64,000 nucleotides of DNA from Streptosporangiales bacterium (GCA_009379995.1 WHSR01000009.1:997-64996), one strand, 5' to 3'. Counted from the first letter of the stretch, positions 8,506 to 18,327 are shown. Translations and numbers: made by a program. The notes: generated from the letters alone by a model not told the origin.

Positions 8506-10034
8506 ATGAGCGGCGTGATCGCGCCGAAGGGTTCCCTGGGCACCGAGACGGTGACGAGGGGCCTGCTCATCGGGGGTGAGGAGGTCCCGGCCGCCTCGGG
8601 GCGACCCTGCCGGTGCACAATCCCGGGCACGAGGTCGCACGGGTCGCGGCGGCGGGTCCGGAGGACGTCGACCGGGCGGTGGCCGCCGCGGACGCGGCGT
8701 TTCGATCGGGGAGCTGGAGCGAGCTGCCGATCGCGGGGCGGGCACGCGTCCTCAATCGCTTCGCCGACAACATGGAGCGCCGCATCGAGGAGTTGTACCG
8801 GCTGGAGACCCTCTACAACGGCCGGCCGATCGCCGAGACCAGGGCGCAGATCGCCCGGCTCCCGGAGTGGTACCGCTACAACGCGGCCCTCCTGCTCGCC
8901 GACCGAACGGCGGTCATTCCGATGCCGGGCCCGTACCACTCCTACACGGAGCGGTTTCCCCTCGGCGTGGTCGGGATCCTCTCGTCCTTCAACCACCCGC
9001 TGATGATCGGCTCGAAGAGCCTGGCACCCGCGCTTGCCGCCGGCAACAGCGTCGTACTCAAGCCGTCCGAGCAGACGCCGATGACGAGCATCGTCCTCGG
9101 CGAGATCGCCGCCGAGTCCGGCTTTCCCCCGGGGGTCTTCAACGTCGTCCAAGGACTCGGACCGGTGGCCGGGGCTGCCCTCGCCGAGCACCCGGCGGTC
9201 GCGAAGGTCACCTTCACCGGCGGCACGGAGGCGGGCCGCACGGTCGCGGCCGCCACGGCGAAGCGGTTCGCCAAGGTCACCCTCGAGCTGGGCGGCAAGA
9301 GCCCGGTCCTCGTCTTCGCCGACTCCCCGGTCGAGGAGGCGGCGCGTGGGGTGGCGTTCGCCGGCTTCATCGGGGCCGGCCAGACCTGCATCGCGGGCAC
9401 CCGCGTGCTCGTGCAGCGGGAGATCCACGACGCGTTCGTCGACGCGCTCGTGACGCAGGCCGAGCGCATCCACATCGGCGATCCGGCCCTGCCGGAGACG
9501 CAGCTCGGCCCGGTCATCTCGGCACGGGCGAAGGAGCGGGTGCTGAACTACGTCGAGCTGGGGCTCGGCGAGGGTGCGCGGCTAGCGGCCGGCGGCGACG
9601 CGCCCGACGTGCCGGGCTGCGAGGGCGGCTTCTTCGTTCGCCCGACGGTGCTCACCGGTGTCCGCAACTCGATGCGGGTCGCCCGCGAGGAGATCTTCGG
9701 TCCGGTGCTCGTCGTGGTGGAGGTCGACGACGAGGCGGACGCGATAGCGCAGGCGAACGACTCGCCGTACGGCCTCGGCTCGGCGATCTGGACCCGGGAC
9801 GTGGCACGCGCCCATCGAGTCGCCGGCCGGCTGACACACGGGATCGTCTGGGTCAACGACCACCACCGGCTCGACCCCGCGTCACCGTGGGGCGGGGTGC
9901 GGGACAGCGGCGTCGGCAGGGAGAGCGGCTGGGAGTCGTTCCACGACTTCACCCACGTCCGCGCCGTCACAGTCCGGACGGCGCCCGACGAGGTCGACTG
10001 GTACGGCCGCGCGAACGTGGATCGGCTGAACTGA
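8506..10034 (+). pseudogene. NAD(P)-dependent aldehyde dehydrogenase, N-terminal about 33 codons in a different frame (break at G-run 8598-8601)
   Basis: ATG 8506 with GAGGAGG RBS gives MSGVIAPKGSLGTETVTRGLLIGGEEVPAASG. The ALDH body (..LPVHNPGHEV..ELGGKSP..GQTCIAGTR..) continues in the frame of ORF 8613..10034. One extra G restores ..AASGATLPVHNP.. Confidence 0.8.
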
Positions 10035-10741
10035 TGGCCGAGGGGTTGCGGCTCTCCCAGCCGGACGACGGCGTCGTCCGGGCGACCATCGACCGCGGCG
10101 AGGAGAACCTGCTGACCGGACAGATCTGTGACGAACTCGCCGCCTTCCTTCGCGAGCCGCCGTCCGATGCCCACGTCCTGGTGCTCGCGCCGCGCGGACC
10201 GAACTTCTGCCTCGGCCGGGAACGCCGGGCGAAGACTGTCGCGCAGCTACGCGAGGAGGTCGGCGCGCTCGTCGCGCTGAACCGGGCGCTGCGCACGACC
10301 CGGCTCGTGACGGTGGCGCAGGTGACCGGCGGCGCGGCGGGGTACGGCGTCGGGCTCGCCGCGCTCTGCGACGTGGCCGTCGCCGCGCCCTCGGCGCGTT
10401 TCTGGTTCCCGGAGGTCGACATCGGCCTCGCGCCGGCGGTCGTACTCGCCTGGCTGCCCCGGCTGGTCGGGAGCAAGCAGGCGTTCCTCCTGACCGCGAG
10501 CGGCCGGAAGATCTCCGCTGTCCAGGCGGCGGAGATCGGCCTGGTCACCATGGTGGCTCCGGCCGACGACGCGCTGGAGCAGACTGTGCGGGACGAGGTG
10601 GCAGCCCTGAGGAAACACAGCAGTCGGGTGCACGGCGAGATCAAGGCGTTTCTTCGGGCGGGCGAGGACCTGAGCGAGGACCAGACATACGACCTCGCGG
10701 TCGAGAAGCTGATCCTCGCCTCGGTGGAGCGAACGGCATAA
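10034..10741 (+). CDS. Enoyl-CoA hydratase/isomerase (crotonase) family protein
   Basis: ATG overlaps the ALDH stop (ATGA-type, 10032-10036). Tail of ORF 8576..10741: MAEGLRLSQPDDGVVRATIDRGEENLL..GGAAGYGVGLAALCD.. Confidence 0.85.
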   Translation: MAEGLRLSQPDDGVVRATIDRGEENLLTGQICDELAAFLREPPSDAHVLVLAPRGPNFCLGRERRAKTVAQLREEVGALVALNRALRTTRLVTVAQVTGGAAGYGVGLAALCDVAVAAPSARFWFPEVDIGLAPAVVLAWLPRLVGSKQAFLLTASGRKISAVQAAEIGLVTMVAPADDALEQTVRDEVAALRKHSSRVHGEIKAFLRAGEDLSEDQTYDLAVEKLILASVERTA

Positions 10742-10812
10742 GGGGGAAAGGAGAGACGACGCCTCGGGGGTCAGATCAAGCGAGGCACGGTTCCTTGGAA
10801 AGGAGTGGACCC

Positions 10813-11457
10813 ATGACTGCAGCCAGTTCGGGGGCCCCCACTTCGCGGCGGTATCGATTCCTGGAGGACTTCCGGCTCAACACGCTGGACATCGTCGTCG
10901 CGGTGCTGCTCGGCATCATCGAGGCGGCTATCGAGATCCTCGGCGCGCTGGGTTTCCTGGAACGCACGGTATGGCTGGGAGGCGCGGCGGGGTTCGTGAT
11001 CTACGCCTTCTACAACGGCACCACCTGGATCCTGTTCTTCGCCGGAGCTTACCTGCGCAAGCGGGCGGGCGTCCTGTTGCTCGCGATCACCGTCACCCAT
11101 GTGGTGCGGTGGTTCATGGGCGACCCGGACGGGCCGCTGCTGCTGTGGTATGCGCTGTTCCCGGGCATCTTGACGGTGCTCGCGTTCCACGCCATGCGCT
11201 GGCGCGGCGGCACCCTGCTGTTCGCGGTGACCGGCGCGGTGGCGGCCGGCACGAACCAGATAGCGCTGTTCGCGGTCATTGGCTTCGGGCTCGCCGGAGG
11301 CGCATTCTGGGGCATCGTCTCGGTGGCCGTGGGCGTGGTCGGCGGTCTGCTGTGGGGGATCATCGGTCGCTACCTCGGCGTCGGCCTGGAGAAGGCAGGG
11401 GTTCCTGCCGTTCAGGAGCCGCCGGCGCGAGGCGGCCCGACCACCACCTACGCGTAG
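10813..11457 (+). CDS. ECF transporter substrate-specific (S) component, YkoE-like
   Basis: Polytopic membrane protein directly upstream of the duplicated ECF ATPase and T component. ATG 10813 preceded by GGAAAGGAG. Confidence 0.7.
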   Translation: MTAASSGAPTSRRYRFLEDFRLNTLDIVVAVLLGIIEAAIEILGALGFLERTVWLGGAAGFVIYAFYNGTTWILFFAGAYLRKRAGVLLLAITVTHVVRWFMGDPDGPLLLWYALFPGILTVLAFHAMRWRGGTLLFAVTGAVAAGTNQIALFAVIGFGLAGGAFWGIVSVAVGVVGGLLWGIIGRYLGVGLEKAGVPAVQEPPARGGPTTTYA

Positions 11458-11470
11458 GAGAGGTAATTCC

Positions 11471-13252
11471 ATGCCGCCACCGGCGATGGTGGTCGAGAAC
11501 TACAGCTTCTGGTACAAGCTGTCCGAGGGACGCGAGGCTCTTGCCCTCCACGACGTGTCGTTCGAGGTGAGCAAGGGCGACTTCGTGCTCGTTCTCGGCA
11601 TGAGCGGCTCGGGCAAGAGCACGCTGGCGCTGAACCTCGTCGGCGTATACCCGGACTACTTCGGCGGCCGCAACGAGGGCCGCATCCTGGTCGACCACGC
11701 CGAGAAGGGCCTGGTCAACCGCAGGGAGCTGGATCGAGGCCAGCGTTTCCACACCGTCAACATGCTCTTCCAGAACCCGGAGGAGCAGATCGTCACGCTG
11801 ACGGTCGAGGAGGAGATCGCCTTCGCACTGGAGAACTACCTGGTGCCGCGCGGGGAGATCGGCGAGCATATCGACGCGGCGCTCGACCTCGTCGGCCTGA
11901 ACGGGTTCCGGCGCCGGCCGACCCACCAACTGTCCGGTGGCGAGAAGCAGCGGGCCGCCCTCGCCGCGATGCTGGCGATGCGGCCGCGGGTGCTCATCCT
12001 GGACGAGCCGACGTCGAACCTCGACCCCGTCGGCACCGAGGAGGTGCTCGACGCGGTCGGGCGGATCCGCGAGCGGAGCGACGTCACGCTGATGGTCGTC
12101 GAGCACGAGGTCGACGCCGTCTTCGACCAGGTCGACAAGGTGCTCCTGGTGGACGGGAAGACCGTGCACGGCCCGAACACGCCGCGCGAGTTTCTCGCCG
12201 GGCACGGTCTCGACGTCCGCGATCGCATGGGTCTGTGGATCCCGCAGGCCAGCGAGGTGGCCCTCGAGCTCGGCCGGGCCGGGGTGTCTCTGCCAACTGT
12301 CCCGCTCAACGGGGAGGAGCTGGTCGCGGCGGTCCGGGACACGATCGATTCCGATCAGGTACCCATCGCCGCGCCAGTACCCCCACCCGCACCTCCTACC
12401 GAACCCCCGTCCGTGGAGCCCGGCGAGGTGGTGATCGAGGTCCGGGACGCGAGCTTCTCCTACCCCTCGCGGCCGGACGTGCTCCGAGGGGTCAACCTCG
12501 CCGTACGGCGGGGCGAGCTGCTCGCCATCGTGGGGCAGAACGGCTCGGGCAAGTCGACGCTCGCCGCCCACTTCAACGGGATCCTCAAGCCGAGCGCCGG
12601 TGAGGTGCTCGTGCACGGCAAGCCGACGACGAAGTACAAGCTCGCGGACCTGGTGCGGCGGGTCGCGTACATCTTTCAGGTGCCGGAGAAGCAGTTCATC
12701 CGCAACACGGTGTACGAGGAGATGGCACACGGTCTGCGGGCGCTGCGGCTGGCCAACGACGAGGTCCGGGAACGGGTGGACCGGTTCCTGGAGAGCGTGC
12801 GGCTGCTGGACCGCAAGGAAGCGAGCCCGTACGTGCTCAGCCACGGCCAGAAGCGGCGGCTGTCGGTCGCCTGCATGGTCATCGCCGGACCGGACGTCGT
12901 GGTCCTCGACGAGCCGACGTTCGGGCAGGACTACCAGCAGGCCCAGCGGCTGATGCGACTGCTCCGGGCGCTCGCCGACGACGGTGCGGCCGTCGCGTTC
13001 ATCACCCACGACATGCGCCTGGTCGCCGAGTACGCCGACCGGTGCGCCGCGATGGCGGACGGCAAGGTGATCTTCGACGGGTCGGTGCCCGACCTGTTCG
13101 CCGGCTCCGACGTTCTGGCGCGGGCGAGGTTGACCCCACCGGCGGTCCACGGGTTCTCCGCGGAGTTGCTCGGCGAGCCGTGCCTGGACACCGCCGAGGT
13201 GCGGGAGCGGATCAAGGAGGCGATCCATGGGCGATCTCGAACTCTCCTATAA
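11471..13252 (+). CDS. ECF transporter duplicated ATPase (EcfA-EcfA' fusion, YkoD-like)
   Basis: Two ABC cassettes: GMSGSGKST/LSGGEKQR/LILDEPTSNLD and GQNGSGKST/LSHGQKRR/VVLDEPTFGQD. ATG 11471 after GGAGAGG. Confidence 0.9.
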   Translation: MPPPAMVVENYSFWYKLSEGREALALHDVSFEVSKGDFVLVLGMSGSGKSTLALNLVGVYPDYFGGRNEGRILVDHAEKGLVNRRELDRGQRFHTVNMLFQNPEEQIVTLTVEEEIAFALENYLVPRGEIGEHIDAALDLVGLNGFRRRPTHQLSGGEKQRAALAAMLAMRPRVLILDEPTSNLDPVGTEEVLDAVGRIRERSDVTLMVVEHEVDAVFDQVDKVLLVDGKTVHGPNTPREFLAGHGLDVRDRMGLWIPQASEVALELGRAGVSLPTVPLNGEELVAAVRDTIDSDQVPIAAPVPPPAPPTEPPSVEPGEVVIEVRDASFSYPSRPDVLRGVNLAVRRGELLAIVGQNGSGKSTLAAHFNGILKPSAGEVLVHGKPTTKYKLADLVRRVAYIFQVPEKQFIRNTVYEEMAHGLRALRLANDEVRERVDRFLESVRLLDRKEASPYVLSHGQKRRLSVACMVIAGPDVVVLDEPTFGQDYQQAQRLMRLLRALADDGAAVAFITHDMRLVAEYADRCAAMADGKVIFDGSVPDLFAGSDVLARARLTPPAVHGFSAELLGEPCLDTAEVRERIKEAIHGRSRTLL

Positions 13253-14054
13253 GGAAGCGGAGTCACCGTTCCACCGAATGGACCCGTTCTCCAAGACGCT
13301 TTTCGTCATCGCCGTATCGTTCGTGGCGATCTTCAACTCGCGGCTGACCGTCGGTGTCGCGCTGTTCTTGTTCACGTTCTTCTGCGCGGCCTTCCTTTCC
13401 GGCGTTTCGCTGCGCACGTACTGGACGTTCGGGAAGGTGATCCTGCCGTTCATCGTCATCCTCGCGGTCGTCTTCCCGTTCTTCTACGCCGGTCAGGTGA
13501 CCGCCGGCTCGGAGGCGATCGCCATCCACACCCCGATCAAGGACCTGACCTGGGGCGCGCTCGGCTTCGGCGGCCTCCTCGCGCTGCGGTTCCTGGCCAT
13601 CGGCTTTTCCGGGCTCACCTTCGCGTTCACCACGCATCCGACGGATCTCGTGCAGAGCTTCTCCCGGCGCGGGCTCGACTACCGGCTCGTGCACGCTCCG
13701 GTGCTCGGGCTCGTCCTGTTCCCCTCGTTCCTCCAGCTCGGCCGGGACATCTCGACCACGCAGCGGATCCGCGACCTCGGGCACGATACGAACTGGCTGA
13801 CCCGCAAGTGGCGGCGGATGAAGCACCTGGCGTTCGCGATGCTCGTGCTCGGGCTGCGCAACGGCCAGACCCAGGCGATGGCGCTCGACATCCGGGGGTA
13901 CGGCGCGCACAAGACCCGAACGTTCATGCGGGAGTCGCCGTCCAGCAGGGCGGGGAAGGTCTTCGCGTGGACGTTCTTCGCGATCTCGGTCGGCTATCTC
14001 ATCCTTCAGTTCGGCAGCCTGTCCGGAGCGATGCCCTGGGATCTCAGCCGCTGA
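13227..14054 (+). CDS. ECF transporter transmembrane (T) component, EcfT/CbiQ family
   Basis: ORF track. ..SPFHRMDPFSKTLFVI.. N-terminus typical of CbiQ/EcfT. Confidence 0.85.
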   Translation: MGDLELSYKEAESPFHRMDPFSKTLFVIAVSFVAIFNSRLTVGVALFLFTFFCAAFLSGVSLRTYWTFGKVILPFIVILAVVFPFFYAGQVTAGSEAIAIHTPIKDLTWGALGFGGLLALRFLAIGFSGLTFAFTTHPTDLVQSFSRRGLDYRLVHAPVLGLVLFPSFLQLGRDISTTQRIRDLGHDTNWLTRKWRRMKHLAFAMLVLGLRNGQTQAMALDIRGYGAHKTRTFMRESPSSRAGKVFAWTFFAISVGYLILQFGSLSGAMPWDLSR

Positions 14055-14056
14055 CA

Positions 14057-14082
14057 GACCCCTCGCCGTGACCCCTCGCCGT
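14057..14082. repeat. Tandem duplication of the 13-mer GACCCCTCGCCGT (x2) abutting the palindromic element
   Basis: Read directly: 14057-14069 = 14070-14082. Confidence 0.85.
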
Positions 14083-14135
14083 GATCTTGCAGAAATTCAA
14101 ATCCGGTCTGATTTGAATTTCTGCAAGATCACGGC
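14078..14135. repeat. AT-rich perfect palindromic element, copy 1 (25-bp arms, 8-nt loop). Probable bidirectional terminator or REP/MITE-like repeat.
   Basis: GCCGTGATCTTGCAGAAATTCAAAT-ccggtctg-ATTTGAATTTCTGCAAGATCACGGC between convergent ecfT (+) and the BVMO (-). The core recurs at 52739-52794. Confidence 0.9.
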
Positions 14136-15598
14136 CTGTGGGAGTACGTGTAGTCGCCGCGGCGGAGCCGCCGGGTGCGCAACCAGTACCCCACGGTGGA
14201 GCCGGGCCAGATCGTCCGGTTGACGCCGTTCTCGTCGAGGTACCAGCTCACGCAGCCGCCAGCGCTCCATACGGCGCTCTTCAGCCTGCCCTGTATGCGT
14301 CGGTTGAACGTCGACTGCACGTCGGGGCGGACCTCGATGCTGCGCCCGCCGCTGCGATCCAGGGTCTCCAGGCACTGGAGGATGTAGCGGGTCTGCGCCT
14401 CGATCATGAAGACCATCGAGTTGTGGCCGAGCCCGGAGTTGGGGCCGAGCAGCAGGAACAGGTTGGGGAACCCGGCCACCGCCACACCGAGGTAGGCCTC
14501 CATGCCGTCCCGCCAGGCGTCCTGGATCTTGTACCCGTTCCGCCCGACGATGTGCGCGCTGTCGAACTTGTCGGTGACGTGGAAGCCGGTGCCGAAGATG
14601 ATCGCGTCGACCGGGTACTCGGTGCCGTCCCGGGTAACCACCGCGTGCTCGCGTACCTCGGCGATCGGCTCGGTCACCAGGTCGACGTCGGGACGGGTGA
14701 GCGCCGGGTAGTAGTCGCTGGAGACGAGGACCCGCTTGCAGCCGAGGGTGTAGTCGGGGGTGAGCTTGCGGCGCAACTCCGGGTCGGGGATCTGGCGACG
14801 GATGTGCCGGCGGGCCAGCGCCTGGGCGCTTCGGATCAGCCGCGGCCGGGTGAAGCCGAGGCCCATCGCCTCCTGCTCCCAGTAGATCAGGTGCCGATAC
14901 GCCCGCTGCAACGAAGGAAACCGCCGGAACAGCCGGTGCTCGGCCGCTGACAGCCGGCGGTCCGGCTGCGGGACGATCCACGGCGGGGTGCGCTGGAACA
15001 CTGTCAGGTGGTCCACCCGGTCCGCGATCCTCGGCACGAACTGGATCGCGCTGGCGCCGGTGCCGATTACCACCACCCGCTTGCCGGCGAGATCGTAGCC
15101 GTGGTCCCACTGCGCGGAGTGGAACGTGGTGCCGCGGAACCGCTCCAGCCCGGGGATCTCCGGGTACCGCGGCTGGTGCAGCGGACCCATGCCGGCCACC
15201 ACCGCGCGGGCCGGGTACGTCTCGCCGTCGGCCGTGAACACCTGCCAGCTCTCGGTCGCGTCGTCGAACTCGACGCCGGTGACCTCGACGCCGAACCGGA
15301 TGTACGGCCAGAGCTCGTACCTGTCCGCGCAACCCTTGAGGTAGTCCAGGATCTCCCCCTGCCCGGCGAACATGCGCGACCAGTCGTGCTTCGGCTCGAA
15401 GGAGTACGAGTACAGCAGCGAGCGGATGTCGCAGCCGCAGCCGGGATAGGTGTTCTCCCACCAGGTCCCGCCGACCTCCTCGGCCTTCTCCAGGACGACG
15501 AAGTCGTACCGGCCGGCCCTCTTCAGCTCGATCGCCATGCCCAGGCCGGAGAAGCCGGCACCGACGATGACGACGGGGAGGCATCCGGTGTCCGTCAC
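14129..15598 (-). CDS. Type I Baeyer-Villiger / flavin-containing monooxygenase (EthA-like)
   Basis: GAGFSGLG FAD motif, FRGTTFHSAQWD BVMO fingerprint, GTGASA NADP motif. GTG 15598 after GGAGGA, overlapping the TetR stop (GTGA). Confidence 0.9.
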   Translation of the reverse strand: MTDTGCLPVVIVGAGFSGLGMAIELKRAGRYDFVVLEKAEEVGGTWWENTYPGCGCDIRSLLYSYSFEPKHDWSRMFAGQGEILDYLKGCADRYELWPYIRFGVEVTGVEFDDATESWQVFTADGETYPARAVVAGMGPLHQPRYPEIPGLERFRGTTFHSAQWDHGYDLAGKRVVVIGTGASAIQFVPRIADRVDHLTVFQRTPPWIVPQPDRRLSAAEHRLFRRFPSLQRAYRHLIYWEQEAMGLGFTRPRLIRSAQALARRHIRRQIPDPELRRKLTPDYTLGCKRVLVSSDYYPALTRPDVDLVTEPIAEVREHAVVTRDGTEYPVDAIIFGTGFHVTDKFDSAHIVGRNGYKIQDAWRDGMEAYLGVAVAGFPNLFLLLGPNSGLGHNSMVFMIEAQTRYILQCLETLDRSGGRSIEVRPDVQSTFNRRIQGRLKSAVWSAGGCVSWYLDENGVNRTIWPGSTVGYWLRTRRLRRGDYTYSHRP

Positions 15599-16281
15599 GT
15601 CGTTCCTCCAGGGGTCTCGCCGAAAAGCTGGCGCGCGAAGGCCTTCAGGAGCGCGAGCACCTCGTCTTTCCCGCCCCCCTGTCCTTCGGACCCGCCCCCC
15701 GTGGCCTGCTGGCCGCGACGATCGTTCCCGCAGCCGTTCTGCAGCGCGAGCCCGGTCATCAGCGCCAGCGTGGTACGCAGCGCGACCGGCGTGATCTCGA
15801 GGCTCTCCGCACCGGGGAACAGCCGCCCGAAGGTCTGGACGGTGATCTCGACGACCCGTTGGTTGAGGTCCGCGCACAGCTCGCGCAGCGTCTCGTCGGT
15901 ACGGCTAGCAACGGCAAGTTCGAGCAGCGCGGTGAAGGTCGGGCCGCAGTAGATCTCCCAGAGCAGGTCGACCGCCGCGTCGACGCCCTGCTGGTCCGGC
16001 GGCAACGCGGCGAAGGCCCGCTCGTACTCGGCCCGCTGGCGCTGCAGCAGGTGCTCGATCGCGGCCGCCACCAGCTCGGTCTTGGTTCGGAAGTGGTGCT
16101 GCTGCGCACCGCGGGAGACGCCGGCCCGCAGCGACACCTCGGTGGTGGACGTGCCCGCCCAGCCGAGCTCGACCAGGCACCGCACGGTGGCCTCCAGCAG
16201 CCGCTCGCGGGTACGCGTCCGCCGTTCCTCCTGGCTGCGCCTCGGCCTGGCCGGCGTGGTCAGCGCCATGCGTACGACCAT
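15595..16281 (-). CDS. TetR/AcrR family transcriptional regulator
   Basis: ..RTRERLLEATVRCLVELGWAGTSTTEVSLRAGVSRGAQQHHFRTKTELV.. HTH. Translationally coupled to the BVMO. Confidence 0.9.
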   Translation of the reverse strand: MVVRMALTTPARPRRSQEERRTRTRERLLEATVRCLVELGWAGTSTTEVSLRAGVSRGAQQHHFRTKTELVAAAIEHLLQRQRAEYERAFAALPPDQQGVDAAVDLLWEIYCGPTFTALLELAVASRTDETLRELCADLNQRVVEITVQTFGRLFPGAESLEITPVALRTTLALMTGLALQNGCGNDRRGQQATGGGSEGQGGGKDEVLALLKAFARQLFGETPGGTT

Positions 16282-16295
16282 AGGCGCTCATTTAC

Positions 16296-16317
16296 ATGCA
16301 AGCAAGCCTGCTTGTAT
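16296..16317. promoter_or_regulatory. Imperfect palindrome ATGCAAGCAA-gc-CTGCTTGTAT upstream of the TetR-BVMO operon (candidate operator)
   Basis: 8/10 arm matches with a perfect CAAGCA/TGCTTG core. Lies 15-35 nt upstream of the TetR start. Confidence 0.3.
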
Positions 16318-16330
16318 CTTCCCCATACGA

Positions 16331-16909
16331 TCAGGGCCGCAACTTGAGCACCACGGTGTTGCAGATCTTGTCGTGCAGGCACTGCTTGTGCGGCCGGTCC
16401 CACAGGCACCAAAGCACGTCGATGATTCCCACCAGGCACAGGTTCGACAGCAAGTTGAACAGCACGGAGACGCCGTACCGGCCCCACGAGCGGCCGTGGG
16501 AGATCTTGCCCCCGTCCTCGAACCGGGCCACCCTCAGCCCGCACACGCGCTTGCCGAGCGTCCAGCCGAACCGGGCGGTCATCCACGGCTCGTAGCAGAT
16601 CGCCGCGGCGAACCCGGCGAGCCCGGGGACGGCGCCGACGACCAACCCCAGGACCCGCAGCGGGCCGTCGGACTCCACGCCCAGGCCGTCCAGCGCCCCC
16701 ATGATGGCGGCCAAAGGCAGGAAGCCGGCGATCACGATGGCGAAAAAGACGAGCGAGTCGAGGATCCGGGCCAGCAGGCGCATCCCCAGGTTGCCGAGGA
16801 GCGCCGGGTGCGGACCCACCGGTACGGGGTACGGCGGCGGCGGTGGCTGGTGGTAGGCCACGGGGCTGTAGGCCGGCTGGTGCGAACCCGGGTCAGTCAT
16901 GTCCGGCAT
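16331..16909 (-). CDS. RDD family membrane protein with Pro-rich N-terminus
   Basis: Tail of ORF 16331..17200: ..RLLARILDSLVFF..TLGKRVCGLRV..DRPHKQCLHDKICNTVV. ATG at 16909 or 16900. Confidence 0.75.
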   Translation of the reverse strand: MPDMTDPGSHQPAYSPVAYHQPPPPPYPVPVGPHPALLGNLGMRLLARILDSLVFFAIVIAGFLPLAAIMGALDGLGVESDGPLRVLGLVVGAVPGLAGFAAAICYEPWMTARFGWTLGKRVCGLRVARFEDGGKISHGRSWGRYGVSVLFNLLSNLCLVGIIDVLWCLWDRPHKQCLHDKICNTVVLKLRP

Positions 16910-17129
16910 CCAACCGCAGCGCCGGGCCTTCTGTGTAGGGAAAGCGCGAGGTGTGTGACGTGCTTGATGTGGCGTCGGCGAGGGTGATGCGGTTTCTTGA
17001 TGGTTGGTTTCCGGTGCATGATGTCCCTTTCGTGACGGAGTCCCGATGACTTCCCGCTGGGCGCTGGTCAAGGCTGGCGCATAGTGGTCGGGAGGGGTCC
17101 CAAGGCATCCAGGCCCGAGGAGAACAGCC

Positions 17130-18299
17130 ATGGACAAGCCGCCGGTTCGCACCATCACGCTCGGCATCGCCGAACGGCACCCCCTCGCGCCCGACCGCAT
17201 CGAGCGGGCGGCGCCGGCGGCGCGGCGGGCGGAGACTGGCTACCGCGACGCCGGATACGAGGTGCAGACCCTGCGGCTGTCGACCCGCCCGGTCTTCGAC
17301 GACCTCGCCGGATGGCCCCCGGCCGAGATCGTTTCGTACGCACACACCCTGCAGACAGTCCTCGACGACCTGGGGATCGCGTTCTGCTCGCTGGGGCCGG
17401 CCCCGGCGGCCCGCCCCGACTTCCCGCTGGACCGCCTCGAGCCGATCGCCGACCTGCTGGTCGGAGCCGAGGCGCTGAACTGCACTGTCCAGCTTGCCGA
17501 CCCGGAGCACGGCATCCGGGCCGACGCCGCCCTCCCGGCCGCGCGTGTCATGCTCCGGCTGGCCGAAGGGACCAAGGAAGGCTTCGGGAACTTCCGGTTC
17601 GCGGCGCTGGCCTGCGTCGAGCCGGGTGGCCCGTTCTTCCCGGCCGCCTATCACCGCGGCGCGGCCTCCTTGACGATCGGCCTGCAGGGAGCCGGGATCG
17701 TGGCCGAGGCGCTACGCGGCGGCACCCAACTGGAGCCGGCCGAGATCACCCGGAGGGTCAGGGACGCGCTGACGGCCGAGGCGACCCCGGCCGTCAGACT
17801 CGGGCAGCAGGTCGCCGAGCGGCTCGGCCTCCGGTTCGGTGGGATCGACCTTTCGCCCGCCCCGGCGGGAGAAGACAGCATCGCGGCAGCCATGGAACGA
17901 TGCGGAATCGGGCAGATCGGCTCACCCGGAACCCTCACGGTCGCCGCCGCGCTCACCGGTGCCCTCCACGGCACGGACCTGCCCACCTGTGGCTACAACG
18001 GCCTGATGCTGCCCGTGCTGGAGGACGCCACCCTCGGGCGCCGATGGGAACAGGGCCATGTCGACGTCCACGACCTGCTGTGCTACTCCGCCGTATGCGG
18101 CACCGGACTGGACACCATCCCGCTGCCGGGAGACAGCTCGCCGGACGAGATCGCCCGTCTCCTTCTGGACGTCGCCACGCTGGCCGTACGGCTGCGCAAG
18201 CCGTTGTCGGCACGGCTGTTTCCCGTACCAGGCAAGCTCACCGGAGAACGAACCGCCTTCACCTCCCCCTACCTCACCAACACCTGCGTCAAGTGGTGA
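17130..18299 (+). CDS. DUF711 (UPF0210) family protein
   Basis: MDKPPVRTITLGI.. and ..VCGTGLDTIPLPGD.. are characteristic of PF05167 proteins, recalled from memory. Confidence 0.8.
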   Translation: MDKPPVRTITLGIAERHPLAPDRIERAAPAARRAETGYRDAGYEVQTLRLSTRPVFDDLAGWPPAEIVSYAHTLQTVLDDLGIAFCSLGPAPAARPDFPLDRLEPIADLLVGAEALNCTVQLADPEHGIRADAALPAARVMLRLAEGTKEGFGNFRFAALACVEPGGPFFPAAYHRGAASLTIGLQGAGIVAEALRGGTQLEPAEITRRVRDALTAEATPAVRLGQQVAERLGLRFGGIDLSPAPAGEDSIAAAMERCGIGQIGSPGTLTVAAALTGALHGTDLPTCGYNGLMLPVLEDATLGRRWEQGHVDVHDLLCYSAVCGTGLDTIPLPGDSSPDEIARLLLDVATLAVRLRKPLSARLFPVPGKLTGERTAFTSPYLTNTCVKW

Positions 18300-18327
18300 C
18301 GAACCAGCCGGGTGGCGGGTGGGCTAC

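Noticed and set aside
10742-10812. TPP or other riboswitch upstream of the YkoEDC-like ECF transporter
   Set aside because: The spacer is only ~70 nt and lacks CUGAGA / ACCUGA-type TPP motifs. The transporter probably continues the ALDH-crotonase transcription unit or uses a simple promoter.
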